A stretch of 45,964 nt of DNA from Nemertoderma westbladi. Taxonomy: Eukaryota > Animalia > Xenacoelomorpha. This document shows positions 13,600-25,124 of this stretch, piece by piece; the first letter of the stretch is position 1; the number at the start of each line of letters is the position of its first letter. The notes under the pieces were generated by a model, which did no database searches, was not told the DNA's origin, and worked only from the letters and a program-made list of their open reading frames with translations. Location: NCBI GenBank assembly GCA_032718475.1, contig JAUCBJ010004384.1:1-45964 (forward strand), given 5' to 3'. The translations under genes were made by a program, and so were the position numbers.

Positions 13600-14370
13600 G
13601 ACAGTGGCCCTAAATCAGATGAGCGTATTGTCGTCTTTTGGACTCCCGAGGCAATTGAGTATTTCGTTTGTCATCGGAGCGGAGTGTTGACGGGACTTTT
13701 GGGATTTGTTCGAAGCTCTTACACAGGTCTACATCACATGTGCAAACTTACACGAGCGCATGTTGCCGCTTGGCTATTGTTTCTACGAAGGTAAAACAGA
13801 AACAACCTACACAATTTTTATTTAATTATTGCACTCCCAGGGTGCAATTCCTGAAATAGTTCATGTTGACTTTGAAGCGGCATCAAAGATGTTACACTTC
13901 TTTAGCGTATATTTCATTTTGAAGGAAAATGGTTGCACTGCAGTGGCATTCTTACCTCGATACTGTAGGTCTGTTGTGGAAGAGGCCACACCATCTGAGT
14001 GAGTGCACAGACATTGTCACGTATTTCGAGGCGACTTATGTAACTGGGCGGCGCCGCATTAAGCCAGCATCGAAAAACTCACTTGAGTCCTTCGTTTCCT
14101 CTTATGCTCCGCGTTATGCCCCACTTAGATGAAATGTTAACAAAAGCTGTCCTTGAAAAGCATGGAAAAACCAACAATGCCAACAAAAAAAACCATTAAC
14201 ATTTCAACATTATTAAGGCGCAAACATGGTTCAGTCTGGCAGCTGATAGACGTTATGAAGGTTAGATGCTGACTTTATGGCTCAACTGTCTCAGGCAGCA
14301 GTGGGACATGTAAATCCTGTGCGACGCAATCTGGACTCGTGTGGTTTGGATGAACGCCTGTCTTAAGCAA
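13600..14370 (+). pseudogene. Decayed MULE/MuDR transposase fragment
   Basis: Motifs in MULE order, broken by stops and frameshifts: RIVVF, VDGTF (13689), VDFEAA (13868), YFEATYV (~14022), TNN (~14170). Confidence 0.75.
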
Positions 14371-14464
14371 ATCTATTTCAAATGATGAGAATCTCATTAT
14401 TTGAAATAGATTTGCTTAAGACAGGCGATCATCCAAACCACACGAGTCCAGATTGCGTTGCACA
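14318..14464. repeat. 147-bp near-perfect palindrome (73-bp arms, 1-nt loop at 14391)
   Basis: TGTGCGACGCAATCTGG...TGAGA-A-TCTCA...CCAGATTGCGTTGCACA, with 3 mismatches. Confidence 0.95.
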
Positions 14465-14961
14465 ACTTACCGAAGGCGTTGCTTGAAACTCATTTCCGGC
14501 AGTGCAAATTCAATGTTCTTTCAGATCCTGATTATAAGAGAATAATGGGTCTTCTTGGACGCTGATTACAAATATGACACTCAAAAATATCGTATTATCC
14601 AACCAAAGTCGATTTTTGACGTTTGAAATTTTATGCTACTTGTATTTTTCGTCCCACAAGACAAGCACCAAAAACGATGGTTGCGATACCACGAATGATT
14701 TGTAACGAGTTGTAACGTGATCAGCGACCATGAAAACCAGTATACCTTCAGAATTATCAAACCAACCACAACATTTTTTAGTTTTACATTTTTTTACTTG
14801 TACTTTTTGTCGTGGGAGACCAAAATAGCCCCAAAAATGATGGTTGCAATGCCAGAAAATATTCTTAACAAGTTTTATCGTGATCAGCGGCCTCGAAAAC
14901 CCTTATACCATCAAAATTGAAATTTTTTAGACAAGATCTAAAAAATTTCTGAAATGCAACA

Positions 14962-14988
14962 CCCCCCCCCCCCCCCCCCCCCCCCCCC
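14962..14988. repeat. Poly(C) tract, 27 nt
   Basis: Directly visible. Confidence 0.95.
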
Positions 14989-15376
14989 GGGACCAATTAC
15001 ATTGTAAAATAGCCCGGGCCAGAGTGTTAATCATTTTGAGAGTTAGTAGCACTAAGGAGGAATAAGGAGACAAATTAATTCGCCTAGATTTGCGTCAATT
15101 TATTTAATAAATGTATCTTTAAAACATTAAGAGAAAGGAGCCGGTTTCAGTGGCATATGCAATAATAACAGCACAAGCACAGCTGTAATATATGCCATAC
15201 TATTCAATCTGACTAAAACCCAGTAGATATAAGAGGTACCTATTTCCAGACAGAACTAAATATCACCCGAACTTACGGTGTAGTTGTAGTTAGGCAATTG
15301 AGGCTCAGAAAGATGTCACTCATATCCCAGAAGGTACGTCTAGCATCTCGAGTAGCAAGTCGGGTATCCTTTGATG

Positions 15377-16270
15377 GGAACTAGGACAATTGCCCCCCCG
15401 AGGACAAATTGCCCCATGAGGACAATTACCACCCGAGGACAATTACCCCCGAGGACAATTGCCAACTGAGGACAATTGCCCCCCGAGGACAATTTCCCCC
15501 GGAGGACAATTTCCCCTGGAGACAATTTCCCCCCGAGGACAATTGCCCCCCGGATAATTGCCCCCCGGACAATTGCGCCACGGACTATTGCCCCCCCGGT
15601 CCATTTCCCGCGGACTATTGCCCCCCTATATTTTTATTTAAAGAATATATTTTAAATCTTGAAATCCTTTGAATATTTTCGTATAGTTTTATGAAATTAA
15701 AGTAATATTAACCTTGATCAACACTTACTTCTAAACATAATTTTTTTTTGCTTTTTTTCGAAAATTTTTTTCTAGAACAATTTGTTTTGATCTCCATTTC
15801 TAAACCTTTTAATTTTGTGTTTTTCAAAACATGCGCGATTTATTTCTAAAACAATGTTAGCTATAGCATTTTAATGACATAATTGAATGGCTTCAGCGCG
15901 TTAACATTTTATTTTTATTGTTAATGTTATATTTCGGTTGGAAAATATCGAAATTGTTGAGCACACAAATAAGCAAACATGGTTGTTTTATTTAATATAA
16001 AACGGACTTTAACTATATAAAATTATTGTTTAATTAATGTTGTACCAAGTTAGGAAGACTAAATTTCTATAAAAACCATATTTATTTTGCAATTTTCCTT
16101 GGGACCAATTTATTGTTTGGTGGGTAAGTGTAATTGGGGGGCAATTGTCCGGGGGGGTGCAATAAACCGTGGGGCAATTGTCCTCGAGGGGAAATTGTCC
16201 GTGGGGCAATAGTCCGGTGTGCAATTGGCCGTGGGGCAATAGTCCGGTGTGCAAATTATCCTGTCACTCA
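15377..16270. mobile_element. Non-autonomous DNA element with inverted arrays of 15-18-bp GGACAATTGCCCCCC subrepeats
   Basis: GAGGACAATTGCCCCC-type repeats at 15383-15626 and their reverse complements at 16130-16262 flank an AT-rich core. No clear TSD. Confidence 0.7.
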
Positions 16271-16542
16271 CTATCTCTATCATTTTCACATTCTTTATCA
16301 TTTCATAATATTATTATAATATTTTTTTGGAGAAATTTAATATAAAATATCAAACTTTTAAATTTAATATTTAGCTAAGTTTTAGTTGAGGCATAAAAAA
16401 AGTATAATTAATAATAAATATTACAAATAATATACTATAACTAAGTCTTATAAATAATATTAACTACCTGACTGCGTTACAGAGAAGGTAATTGAGCACA
16501 AAAATAAAGGGAAACATTAAGTACGGTGAAGTTGGTAAAATA

Positions 16543-17238
16543 TTAGGATAATTCGAAACCGGTGTTACTGTGGATGGAATAGCGGAGTTTATCTTTTAAT
16601 GTGGATTTCTTCGTATAATTCGGTAGTTTCAACAAGTTGAAACAGGTTGAGGATGTGGGTAGTCGGGAGATTGGTTCGCGTTTCCGGATGGAGAAGAAAC
16701 CGCGGACGACGGAACCGAGGGTATCGCCGGTGTCCTGTTCGTCGGCGACCTCGACGCAACGGACGGAGAACGGCGGCTCCAGATGGGCGAACCCGAGCAG
16801 CGGGGGCTTCGAGCAGCTCGTCACGAACTTGAGGAAGAGACGTCTCTCCACGGCGTCGAAGTCCCGCTCGACGACGTCCCACATCCACAGCACCACTCGG
16901 TGGTTGCCGTGGTACCCCCCGTAGTACTGCGTGTGTCTGCGGAGGTCCGCCACGTCTAGGTCCACCGTGTCCCCCGATATCAGCCGCTGCAGCTCGGCCG
17001 GGGAGAACATAGCGAGCCAGTCCGGGTCAATGACCTTCCGGAAGCCCCGCACGAAGGCCGCGGTCTGCTCTTTTATCTGCGTCACCATCCGGAAATGGGC
17101 CATGAGATGGACGTAGGATATTCGGTTCTCGTTAGTTACCGGTATGCGACTTCCTCCCGGGACCAGCTCGTGGGTTACGATCTCACCAAGGACTTCCTCG
17201 TCTGTAGAGAAACTCAGTCCCAAATCCTCCACGTCGCC
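16543..17238 (-). CDS. UBE3B: UBE3B exon 2 (HECT C-terminal part, 231 aa + stop)
   Basis: Acceptor TTTCTAG|GGC GAC GTG (GDVEDLGL...). Contains [17 protein letters not shown] with the catalytic Cys and the C-terminal TGFELS typical of UBE3B/C. Confidence 0.95.
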   Translation of the reverse strand, partial: GDVEDLGLSFSTDEEVLGEIVTHELVPGGSRIPVTNENRISYVHLMAHFRMVTQIKEQTAAFVRGFRKVIDPDWLAMFSPAELQRLISGDTVDLDVADLRRHTQYYGGYHGNHRVVLWMWDVVERDFDAVERRLFLKFVTSCSKPPLLGFAHLEPPFSVRCVEVADEQDTGDTLGSVVRGFFSIRKREPISRLPTSSTCFNLLKLPNYTKKSTLKDKLRYSIHSNTGFELS

Positions 17239-19444
17239 CTAGAAACCGGATGTTTACAATAATAAGATCCAACATAGTTCGCCGAATGATATTCAGTAAC
17301 CAAAATAATAAACGTTCCCTCAAATAAATTCGCAGGTAATAAACGGGACAGTTAATTTCGGAAAATAAATAAAAATGTTCTACTTCGATAGGAAATTAAT
17401 AAAATATTTGTTAAATTTTAAGTAATTAAACAGGACTAAGGATGATCCAACTCTATAGCAAATGGAGCGGAAAAAATGAATTCGCCACCAGCGGGGAATT
17501 GTTAAATTTAGTTTGAAAAATTAAAAACATTTAGAATACCATCGGGGTCACACAGGGATCGGGTTCTCTGATGGTCAGACCATAACGGTCACACAGGTGT
17601 CGGGTCCTCTGATGGTCAGATCATGACGGTCACACAGGTGTCGGGTCCTCTGATGGTCAGACCATAACGGTCACACAGATGTCGGGTCCTCTGATGGTCA
17701 GACCATAACGGTCACACAGGGGTCGGGTCCTCTGATGGTCAGACCATAACGGTCACACAGGGGTCGGGTTCTCTGATGGTCAGACCATAACGGTCACACA
17801 GGTGTCGGGTCCTCTGATGGTCAGATCATGACGGTCACACAGGTGTCGGGTCCTCTGATGGTCAGACCATAACGGTCACACAGATGTCGGGTCCTCTGAT
17901 GGTCAGACCATAACGGTCACACAGGGGTCGGGTCCTCTGATGGTCAGACCATAACGGTCACACAGGGGTCGGGTTCTCTGATGGTCAGACCATAACGGTC
18001 ACACAGGTGTCGGGTCCTCTGATGGTCAGACCATAACGGTCACACAGGTGTCGGGTCCTCTGATGGTCAGACCATAACGGTCACACAGGTGTCGGGTCCT
18101 CTGATGGTCAGACCATAACGGTCACACAGGGGTCGGGTCCTCTGATGGTCAGACCATAACGGTCACACAGGGGTCGGGTTCTCTGATGGTCAGACCATAA
18201 CGGTCACACAGGTGTCGGGTCCTCTGATGGTCAGACAATAACGGACACACAGGTGTCGGGTCCTCTGATGGTCAGACCATAACGGTCATACAGGTGTCGG
18301 GTCCTCTGATGGTCAGACCATAACGGTCATACAGGTGTCGGGTCCTCTGATGGTCAGACAATAACGGTCACACAGGTGTCGGGTCCTCTGATGGTCAGAC
18401 CATAACGGTCACACAGGTGTCGGGTCCTCTGATGGTCAGACCATAACGGTCACACAGGTGTCGGGTCCTCTGATGGTCAGACCATAACGGTCATACAGGT
18501 GTCGGGTCCTCTGATGGTCAGACCATAACGGTCACACAGGTGTCGGGTCCTCTGATGGTCAGACAATAACGGTCACACAGGTCTCGGGTCCTCTGATGGT
18601 CAGACCATAACGGTCACACAGGTGTCGGGTCCTCTGATGGTCAGACCATAACGGTCATACAGGTGTCGGGTCCTCTGATGGTCAGACCATAACGGTCACA
18701 CAGGTGTCGGGTCCTCTGATGGTCAGACCATAACGGTCACACAGGGATCGGGATCTCTGATGGTCAGACCATAACGGTCACACAGGTGTCGGGTCCTCTG
18801 ATGGTCAGACCATAACGGTCATACAGGTGTCGGGTCCTCTGATGGTCAGACCATAACGGTCATACAGGTGTCGGGTCCTCTGATGGTCAGATCATAACGG
18901 TCACACAGGTGTCGGGTTCTCTGATGGTCAGACCATAACGGTCACACAGGTATCGGGTCCTCTGATGGTCAGACCATAACGGTCACACAGTGATCGGGTT
19001 CTCTGATGGTCAGACCATAACGGTCACACAGGTGTCGGGTCCTCTGATGGTCAGACCATAACGGTCATACAGGTGTCGGGTCCTCTGATGGTCAGATCAT
19101 AACGGTCACACAGGTGTCGGGTTCTCTGATGGTCAGACCATAACGGTCACACAGGTGTCGGGTCCTCTGATGGTCAGACCATAACGGTCACACAGGTGTC
19201 GGGTCCTCTGATGGCCAGACCATAACGGTCACACAGGTGTCGGGTCCTCTGATGGTCAGACCATAACGGTCACACAGGGATCGGGTCCTCTGATGGTCAG
19301 ACCATAACGGTTACACAGGGATCGGGTCCTCTGATGGTCAGACCATAACGGTCACACAGGGATCGTCTGACGGTCTTAGGTTTTACATCTTAAGCGAAGA
19401 AGTTGGTGCGAAAACTTCAATGGATCAAAAAATTGTAAACATCC
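17239..19444 (-). other. UBE3B: UBE3B intron, 2206 bp, non-canonical GG..AG, transposon-like with TIRs
   Basis: The in-frame join KHYE|GDVEDL needs donor GAG|GGATGT and acceptor TTTCTAG|. TIR GGATGTTTACAAT-N5-GATCCA lies at 19444-19421 and 17248-17271. Confidence 0.8.
17546..19365. repeat. 41-bp minisatellite (GGTCACACAGGTGTCGGGTCCTCTGATGGTCAGACCATAAC), ~44 copies, intronic
   Basis: Directly visible; unit starts at 17587 and 17628 are 41 apart. Confidence 0.98.
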
Positions 19445-21943
19445 CTCATAATGTTTGAGAAAAGTGAGATTCTTATAAAGATCCTGGTCCAGAGACGGTA
19501 GATCGTCCATGCTGCTGTAAGTGGCTCTCTGTTTGCCCAGAATGTTACTGAGAAAGAAAGTAGCCAACGGTACTTCCACCAACAGCCCCTCGTACAAACT
19601 CTTGGCCAACATTTTGCCGACGAACTCGAATAGTTGCAGATGGGATTCCTGTATGGAACTGGAAGTAGACGGGTACAGCTGGTTGGACGAGGTCAGTTTG
19701 AATAGATTCAACCCGGGGTCGAACACCCGCTGTATGGTCTCTTCGAGGAACTCTTTGAACACGCCGTCCTGGTCGATGCCCGGCTCGTCGAGGCCCTGCG
19801 CGTTCACGAACTTCACCCGGATGACGCCCTTGACGCTCCGCGGCTCGAGCCGGGCGAGTTGCTCGTAGCCGTCCTCGACGACTCGATCGCGTCGGATCGT
19901 AACGACAGTCCGCAACACCGCCGAGTTCCGCCCGCCCCGCCCCCCAGTCGTTAAGGACTCACGCTCCCGGGCCACCAATTTGCGGAAGAGCGTGACCCGA
20001 TCGCGGTGTTCCAGAACATGGGGGATCGAGTGGAGAAGAAGATGGGAGCGCCGCGAGCCGCGTTCCTGTTCGGCGAGGAACGCGGGAGCTCGGAGTTCCT
20101 TAACGACCCAGGAACCGTCGGCTAGGAACGTTCGTCGGCTGTCCTTGTCGTAGAGGAGGACGAGGAGGGAATGGAGCGAGGAGAAGAGAGTCGGATGCGA
20201 ATCGACGAGTTCCAGATGGTTCCAGACGAGGTGGAACAGCGTCCAGTTTAGCAGCAGACCCATCGAGTTGAGGTCGTCCAGACGGAAAGGTTTCTCGTCC
20301 ACGTAGATCTCCGTCTCGTCCAGGACACCGACGAGATGCGCGGCGGCGTCGGCGAACAGAACGAGTAGCGGTTCCACCCTGAGTCGGATGTCCGGCTCCG
20401 AGAGGACCACGTCGCCCAGCAGGCGGAAGTTGCCGCCGCTGAGCACGCAGAGGAAGTGCCAGACCCTGAGAAGCAGGTCGGGATGGAAGGCGAGCCCGGA
20501 AAGAATGTCGAGTCGGAGTTGCGAGAGAGTCGACAGGCAGGAGCCATAGAGACTGGCGACACGGCAGACCAACTCAACCTGGGGGGTCGATATAAAGCAA
20601 ATTATATCCTTGGCTGACACTTTGTTTCCTTTACGAAGCAGCGAAGTCCCCTTCATAAATCCGAATGGTTTCTTCCCGGAATCCGCATTTCCCCTTTTGT
20701 GATTGGCTGTTACCACCACGGGGGGAGTCTCAGTCTGCCCCATGGAGGCGTCCAGCAGCAGACTCACCATGTCTGTCTGCCATAGTAAGCGGAGTTGTCT
20801 GCCCACGACAGGCATCGCCTCGTATATGCGAGAGTCGGTAGGCTGGTTGAACCAGCCCAGCACCGGATGCCAACTGGTCAGGTTGGACCGCTTGGACGAA
20901 ACGTAGGATTTACATTTCTCGAGGAGGGCGGCGATCACCCCGATAAACAGGGAAAGATTATTGGTCAGTCCGGTCTGGTCGCTCTGTCCCAACTGGATCA
21001 GGTTAGCTAATAAACAGAGAGCGTAGGTGCCTTCCAACGAGTTGAAGGCAATCTTGAGGGATTGTTCTACCGAGAGGAGTTGGAGGCAATGAGCGAGCAA
21101 CGAGTGACGTTTACACAGCTCCATACACTCGGGGGAGATGGCGGCTGAATGGTGGAGGAGTGAGGGGATAGATAGAATGTGGACGACGTAGTTGGCGAGG
21201 AGAGTCGGGGAGAAGTCTGCGGCGATTAACGGTCGTAGCGATAGTGTTAGTAAACTCGATAAAGAGGATCTCTTTAACTGCGGGGATGATCTCGCTAAAC
21301 CTTTAAGTAAAACCTCTTGCAGCACCAAATATAATCCATTCGTATGTAGGTGTCCCAATATATTGTGGCATATTTGGATTAAATTAGTTTTTAACTGATC
21401 CGTGACGCCTTTAGACTGTACAAGTTTCCAGGATGCCGTGTCAGTGAAGGTGATTAACATGTGCAGACACAATGTCATGTGGCGGCTGTCCGACGGGCTA
21501 GCCGGGTTAAGTTTCCGCAGCCAAGCGCTGCATTCCATGAGGAGTCGTTTAATATGCCGGATCCAATCGAGGGCGTGTTGCCGTGACAAAGCGACACTAA
21601 CATACCAACACCGGGGTTGGTTGGACTCCATAGAGGATAATATATAGCGGATAATAATCTCCAACATGGCGTCGTGTTCGCCATGGAACACGGCTAAATA
21701 CTTACGCACGATCTTGTAAACTTCTACAGCCCCAATAGTGCTCGAATTCTCCTCCGAGAGACATAAATTCCCATTAATCTCCTCGACTATGGAAGATTTT
21801 AACCGTTTCCTAACAAGGTAACCCTTGGCAACCGCTTGTATTGCAATGGCACTTCGTTCCTTCTTTTTATCCAACTCTCGTTCGAATCGCGCTTGTTTCG
21901 CTTGCGATAACAACTCATCCTTTTCCATAGCAACGCAGAACAT
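19445..21943 (-). CDS. UBE3B: UBE3B exon 1 (IQ motif to HECT N-lobe, 833 aa; spliced product ~1064 aa)
   Basis: N-terminal AIAIQAVAKGYLVR IQ motif, LTSWHPVLGWF, and the HECT start IRVKFVNAQGLDEPGIDQDGVFKEFL. Confidence 0.95.
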
Positions 21944-23179
21944 TCGTATTGTCTACTTCAGTAGCCCCTACTGCAGTATTTATATATTTATTAACACAAT
22001 TATTATTAAGAAATAAAACAATAAAGACCACCAAAGCCAAAGGTAATGACACTAACATGGTGGAATTCACAAAAAATATTCCAAATAAAAATACCAAAAG
22101 ACAACTAGTTAAAACAATACACAGTATAGCTATAGGGCCCACAGTAAAAACATGCAATTATAATTCGAGATTAAAAATAATTACCGGTACCGGTAATTAA
22201 AAATTTTAGATTTTTACGATCGTTTTTACATTAAATAGTACGATACAAATTAATCTACATGCGCTTTTTATTAAAAATAAAAAATAAAAATCATCGATGA
22301 TATTTACATAAAGATCTCAGATTAAAATTTGTCGAGATTTCACGACATAGATAGATAGATTTATTTATACATTATGTAACTACTACTACTAGGTAGTAGT
22401 AGTAGTAGTAGATTTATTTATACATTATTTAAAAACAATAACAAATACACCAAACAATATACCGGTATAAAGGTATTGTCTAACATACCATATTTACAAA
22501 GACTTACTTTGAATAAAATACATACATACAGGAAGATAATTACATAAGCATCGATATGATTTCAAAGTACAGTTCCAGTATAAGAAAATACAGTATGTCG
22601 AAAAAAGTACAGTATATTAATAAAAGTAATAAATAATAAGACAGATAAATTAATTTACGGTGCTAAATTAAGTCTAATAAAGTATACAATTGTCGAGTTA
22701 TTATGTTACAGTGTATGGATAGCCTCATAAGGGTCTCGTTTCCATGAGGGTCCAAAAATTAGTTTCTATCGACATCATTATAACAAAGATTAATAGTTTA
22801 AAACGATCGAGTTTAAAAGGTTGGGTTAATACGTATTGTGGTAATTAGTTTAAAACGAATTATCAGTATGTACATTAGTTAAAAGATAATTATCAGATAA
22901 AAACCAGAAAAGAGCAAAGTGAAAGTATTTAAAAATATGCAAAGATTGAGTAAGATAAGATGAGGTAGATAAAAGTTTGTGTTCAAGTGTCATTATACAT
23001 CAGGTTGGTTCTTAGAACATACTTTTTATGATTGTGTTTGAAAGAGACCAGGTTTTGAGAGCATTGGACAGTTGGATATCTACAGGTAGTTCGCTCCATA
23101 ACTTGGGACCCATGTAGCTGAAACTCAACTGGCCTGTCACATTGTTTCGACGTGGAATCGCGACTCTTTCGGCAGACCC

Positions 23180-23265
23180 CCGTCAGTCCGTAGCCCATAG
23201 CATCCTTCTTCGAAGTGGATGACCGTCAGCCCGTAGCCCATAGCATCCTTCTTCGAAGTGGATGA
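23180..23265. repeat. 43-bp tandem duplication
   Basis: CCGTCAGYCCGTAGCCCATAGCATCCTTCTTCGAAGTGGATGA x2. Confidence 0.9.
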
Positions 23266-23576
23266 GATCAGCTAGGTATGAGGGCGAGCAGCTTATTTCC
23301 AAGGGGGTCCTTTATGTTACTTGGGTAGGAGGCCCTACAATGTACAAATACAATATTACACTATGCTAACCTAAAACCAATATAAAACGTAATTACACTA
23401 TGTACATGTACAAACTTTACCGAGAGCGTGACAATGTCCGACTCAACGATAAAGATGTAATGTACAGAACAATTTATTATAAAACGTAATTACAGTATAA
23501 ATAGTAAATAATTAATAAACTAATAACTTACTGTAGGACTATTGCTGTATTGTACCTATTTTTACATTGCACACGG

Positions 23577-23818
23577 GGTTAACGTTCATATGCGTACCTC
23601 TGGCAAAAGAAGCAGGTTACAGTGGTGGAGTTTTCTAACAGTCTAACCAAAACAATAAACTAATCTCCATTACTTAATTAACGGAAAGGAGCAGGTTACA
23701 GTGGTGGGCTTTTCTAACCAAAACAATCAGACAATAAACAATATCTCAATAACATAGGGTATTTCATACTTATAGTCTTACCGCGAAAATACCAGAGGTA
23801 CGGATATGAACTATAACT
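23577..23818. mobile_element. MITE, 242 bp, 8-bp TSD GCACACGG (Merlin-like)
   Basis: TIR GGTTAACGTTCATATGCGTACCTCTGG versus reverse complement AGTTATAGTTCATATCCGTACCTCTGG. TSD at 23569-23576 and 23819-23826. Internal AGCAGGTTACAG and AACCAAAACAAT motifs. Confidence 0.85.
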
Positions 23819-25124
23819 GCACACGGACAGACGGAGGTGAGATTTAACTGCAGATTTAAAAGAATGTTGATTATCTAGTTATCTAAACTACTCAACTAAA
23901 TCTATTTATCTAAGTAAGTCTATCTTTTCACAGACAGAAAGACTGCAAGGATTTGCACTCGACTACATACGATGGCAGTTGGTTCCAGTCCAGATTGTAT
24001 TTAATAATATATATAATAATTAATTAATTAATATCATAATAGGCCTAATCAATTAACAATTAAGGATAGTAATTTATAAATTACAAATTAATGACGAATA
24101 ATTCGGTAATATAAAAACAGCATTATAGCATTAGCCATTATGCATTAGGCCTACATAAACACCACCTTTCTGCCTTTACTACATTACAGCATTAGGCCTA
24201 GCCTAGGCCTTCAGAAAAACAGTATTAATTAATATACAGGAAATAATGCCAACAGTACCGGGCAGTAGGTAATACTAATAGTTTGTTATCTTCGTGCAAC
24301 ACACGAATACTGATAACAGTCCAAAAAAGTTATAGCTTTTGTTTCAAGTTCAGCCATTGCCATTGTCTGCCGCTCTGTATTTTTTGAACAGCTGAATGTC
24401 GGCTAATGTTTGATAACTACGAAAGAATAAACTCAATCAGTGTCTGTAGAAGTTAAACCTGAGAGTAAAAAAAAACCACAAAAATACCATACCAGACATC
24501 TTTTAATATAAAAATTAGCATTATTTTTTGAACGATTATTATAGTAATATAATATTTCAATTATTATGTAAATATACAGGCCTACATTATTATAATACAT
24601 TTTCGGAAATATCTGCTGATCACACGCTTACATTTAAATTTTACAGGGCCTCCCGGGCCAGTGGGGCCCCAAAAGCCTAGCCCTTAATTAACAGAGACAA
24701 ATTTGAGCAAAAATAATTTTTTTTTATTTTTAAAATTTTTTTTTAATTGAAAAAAAAAGACCATTTCATATTTGCAATACTACACAACGTTTAAAAAATC
24801 CCCTCGCTTCGCTCGCGTTTTGCTTTACATTCATTTAAATGATATGTTTGATCGCTTGCGATCTAGGTGGCGTCCAGCATCACATCATCAATATCATTAA
24901 ATATTTCAATGAATTCTAGTTACATACTATAATTGTTACATAACAGTGCAATATTTTAGTTTTTTTTTCTTTATGCGAATAAATAAATCAAATGTCAATT
25001 ACTTATGTCTATGACCTAGATATAACTTGTCTGTAAACTACTTGTCTATAAATTGTCTATTACTGGATCTGGGGCTGTGTGGCTGTGGCTAACATGTAAG
25101 TCAGCTGAATTATGTAACTATGGC

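Noticed and set aside
17546-19365. CRISPR-like array (also 25125-26710)
   Set aside because: Units are head-to-tail with no unique spacers, there are no cas genes, and the context is eukaryotic.
19376-19444. UBE3B ORF tail GCLQFFDPLK...CKT* and a separate 229-aa gene at 16543-17232
   Set aside because: Read-through into the intron; the two ORFs are halves of one HECT domain.
21915-22157. 80-aa hydrophobic ORF upstream of UBE3B
   Set aside because: Hydrophobicity is explained by T-rich composition; no recognisable family and no ATG start.
22700-22980. Possible CR1/L2 LINE 3' remnant on the minus strand (N*LP...FK-like)
   Set aside because: Too short and degraded to support by eye.
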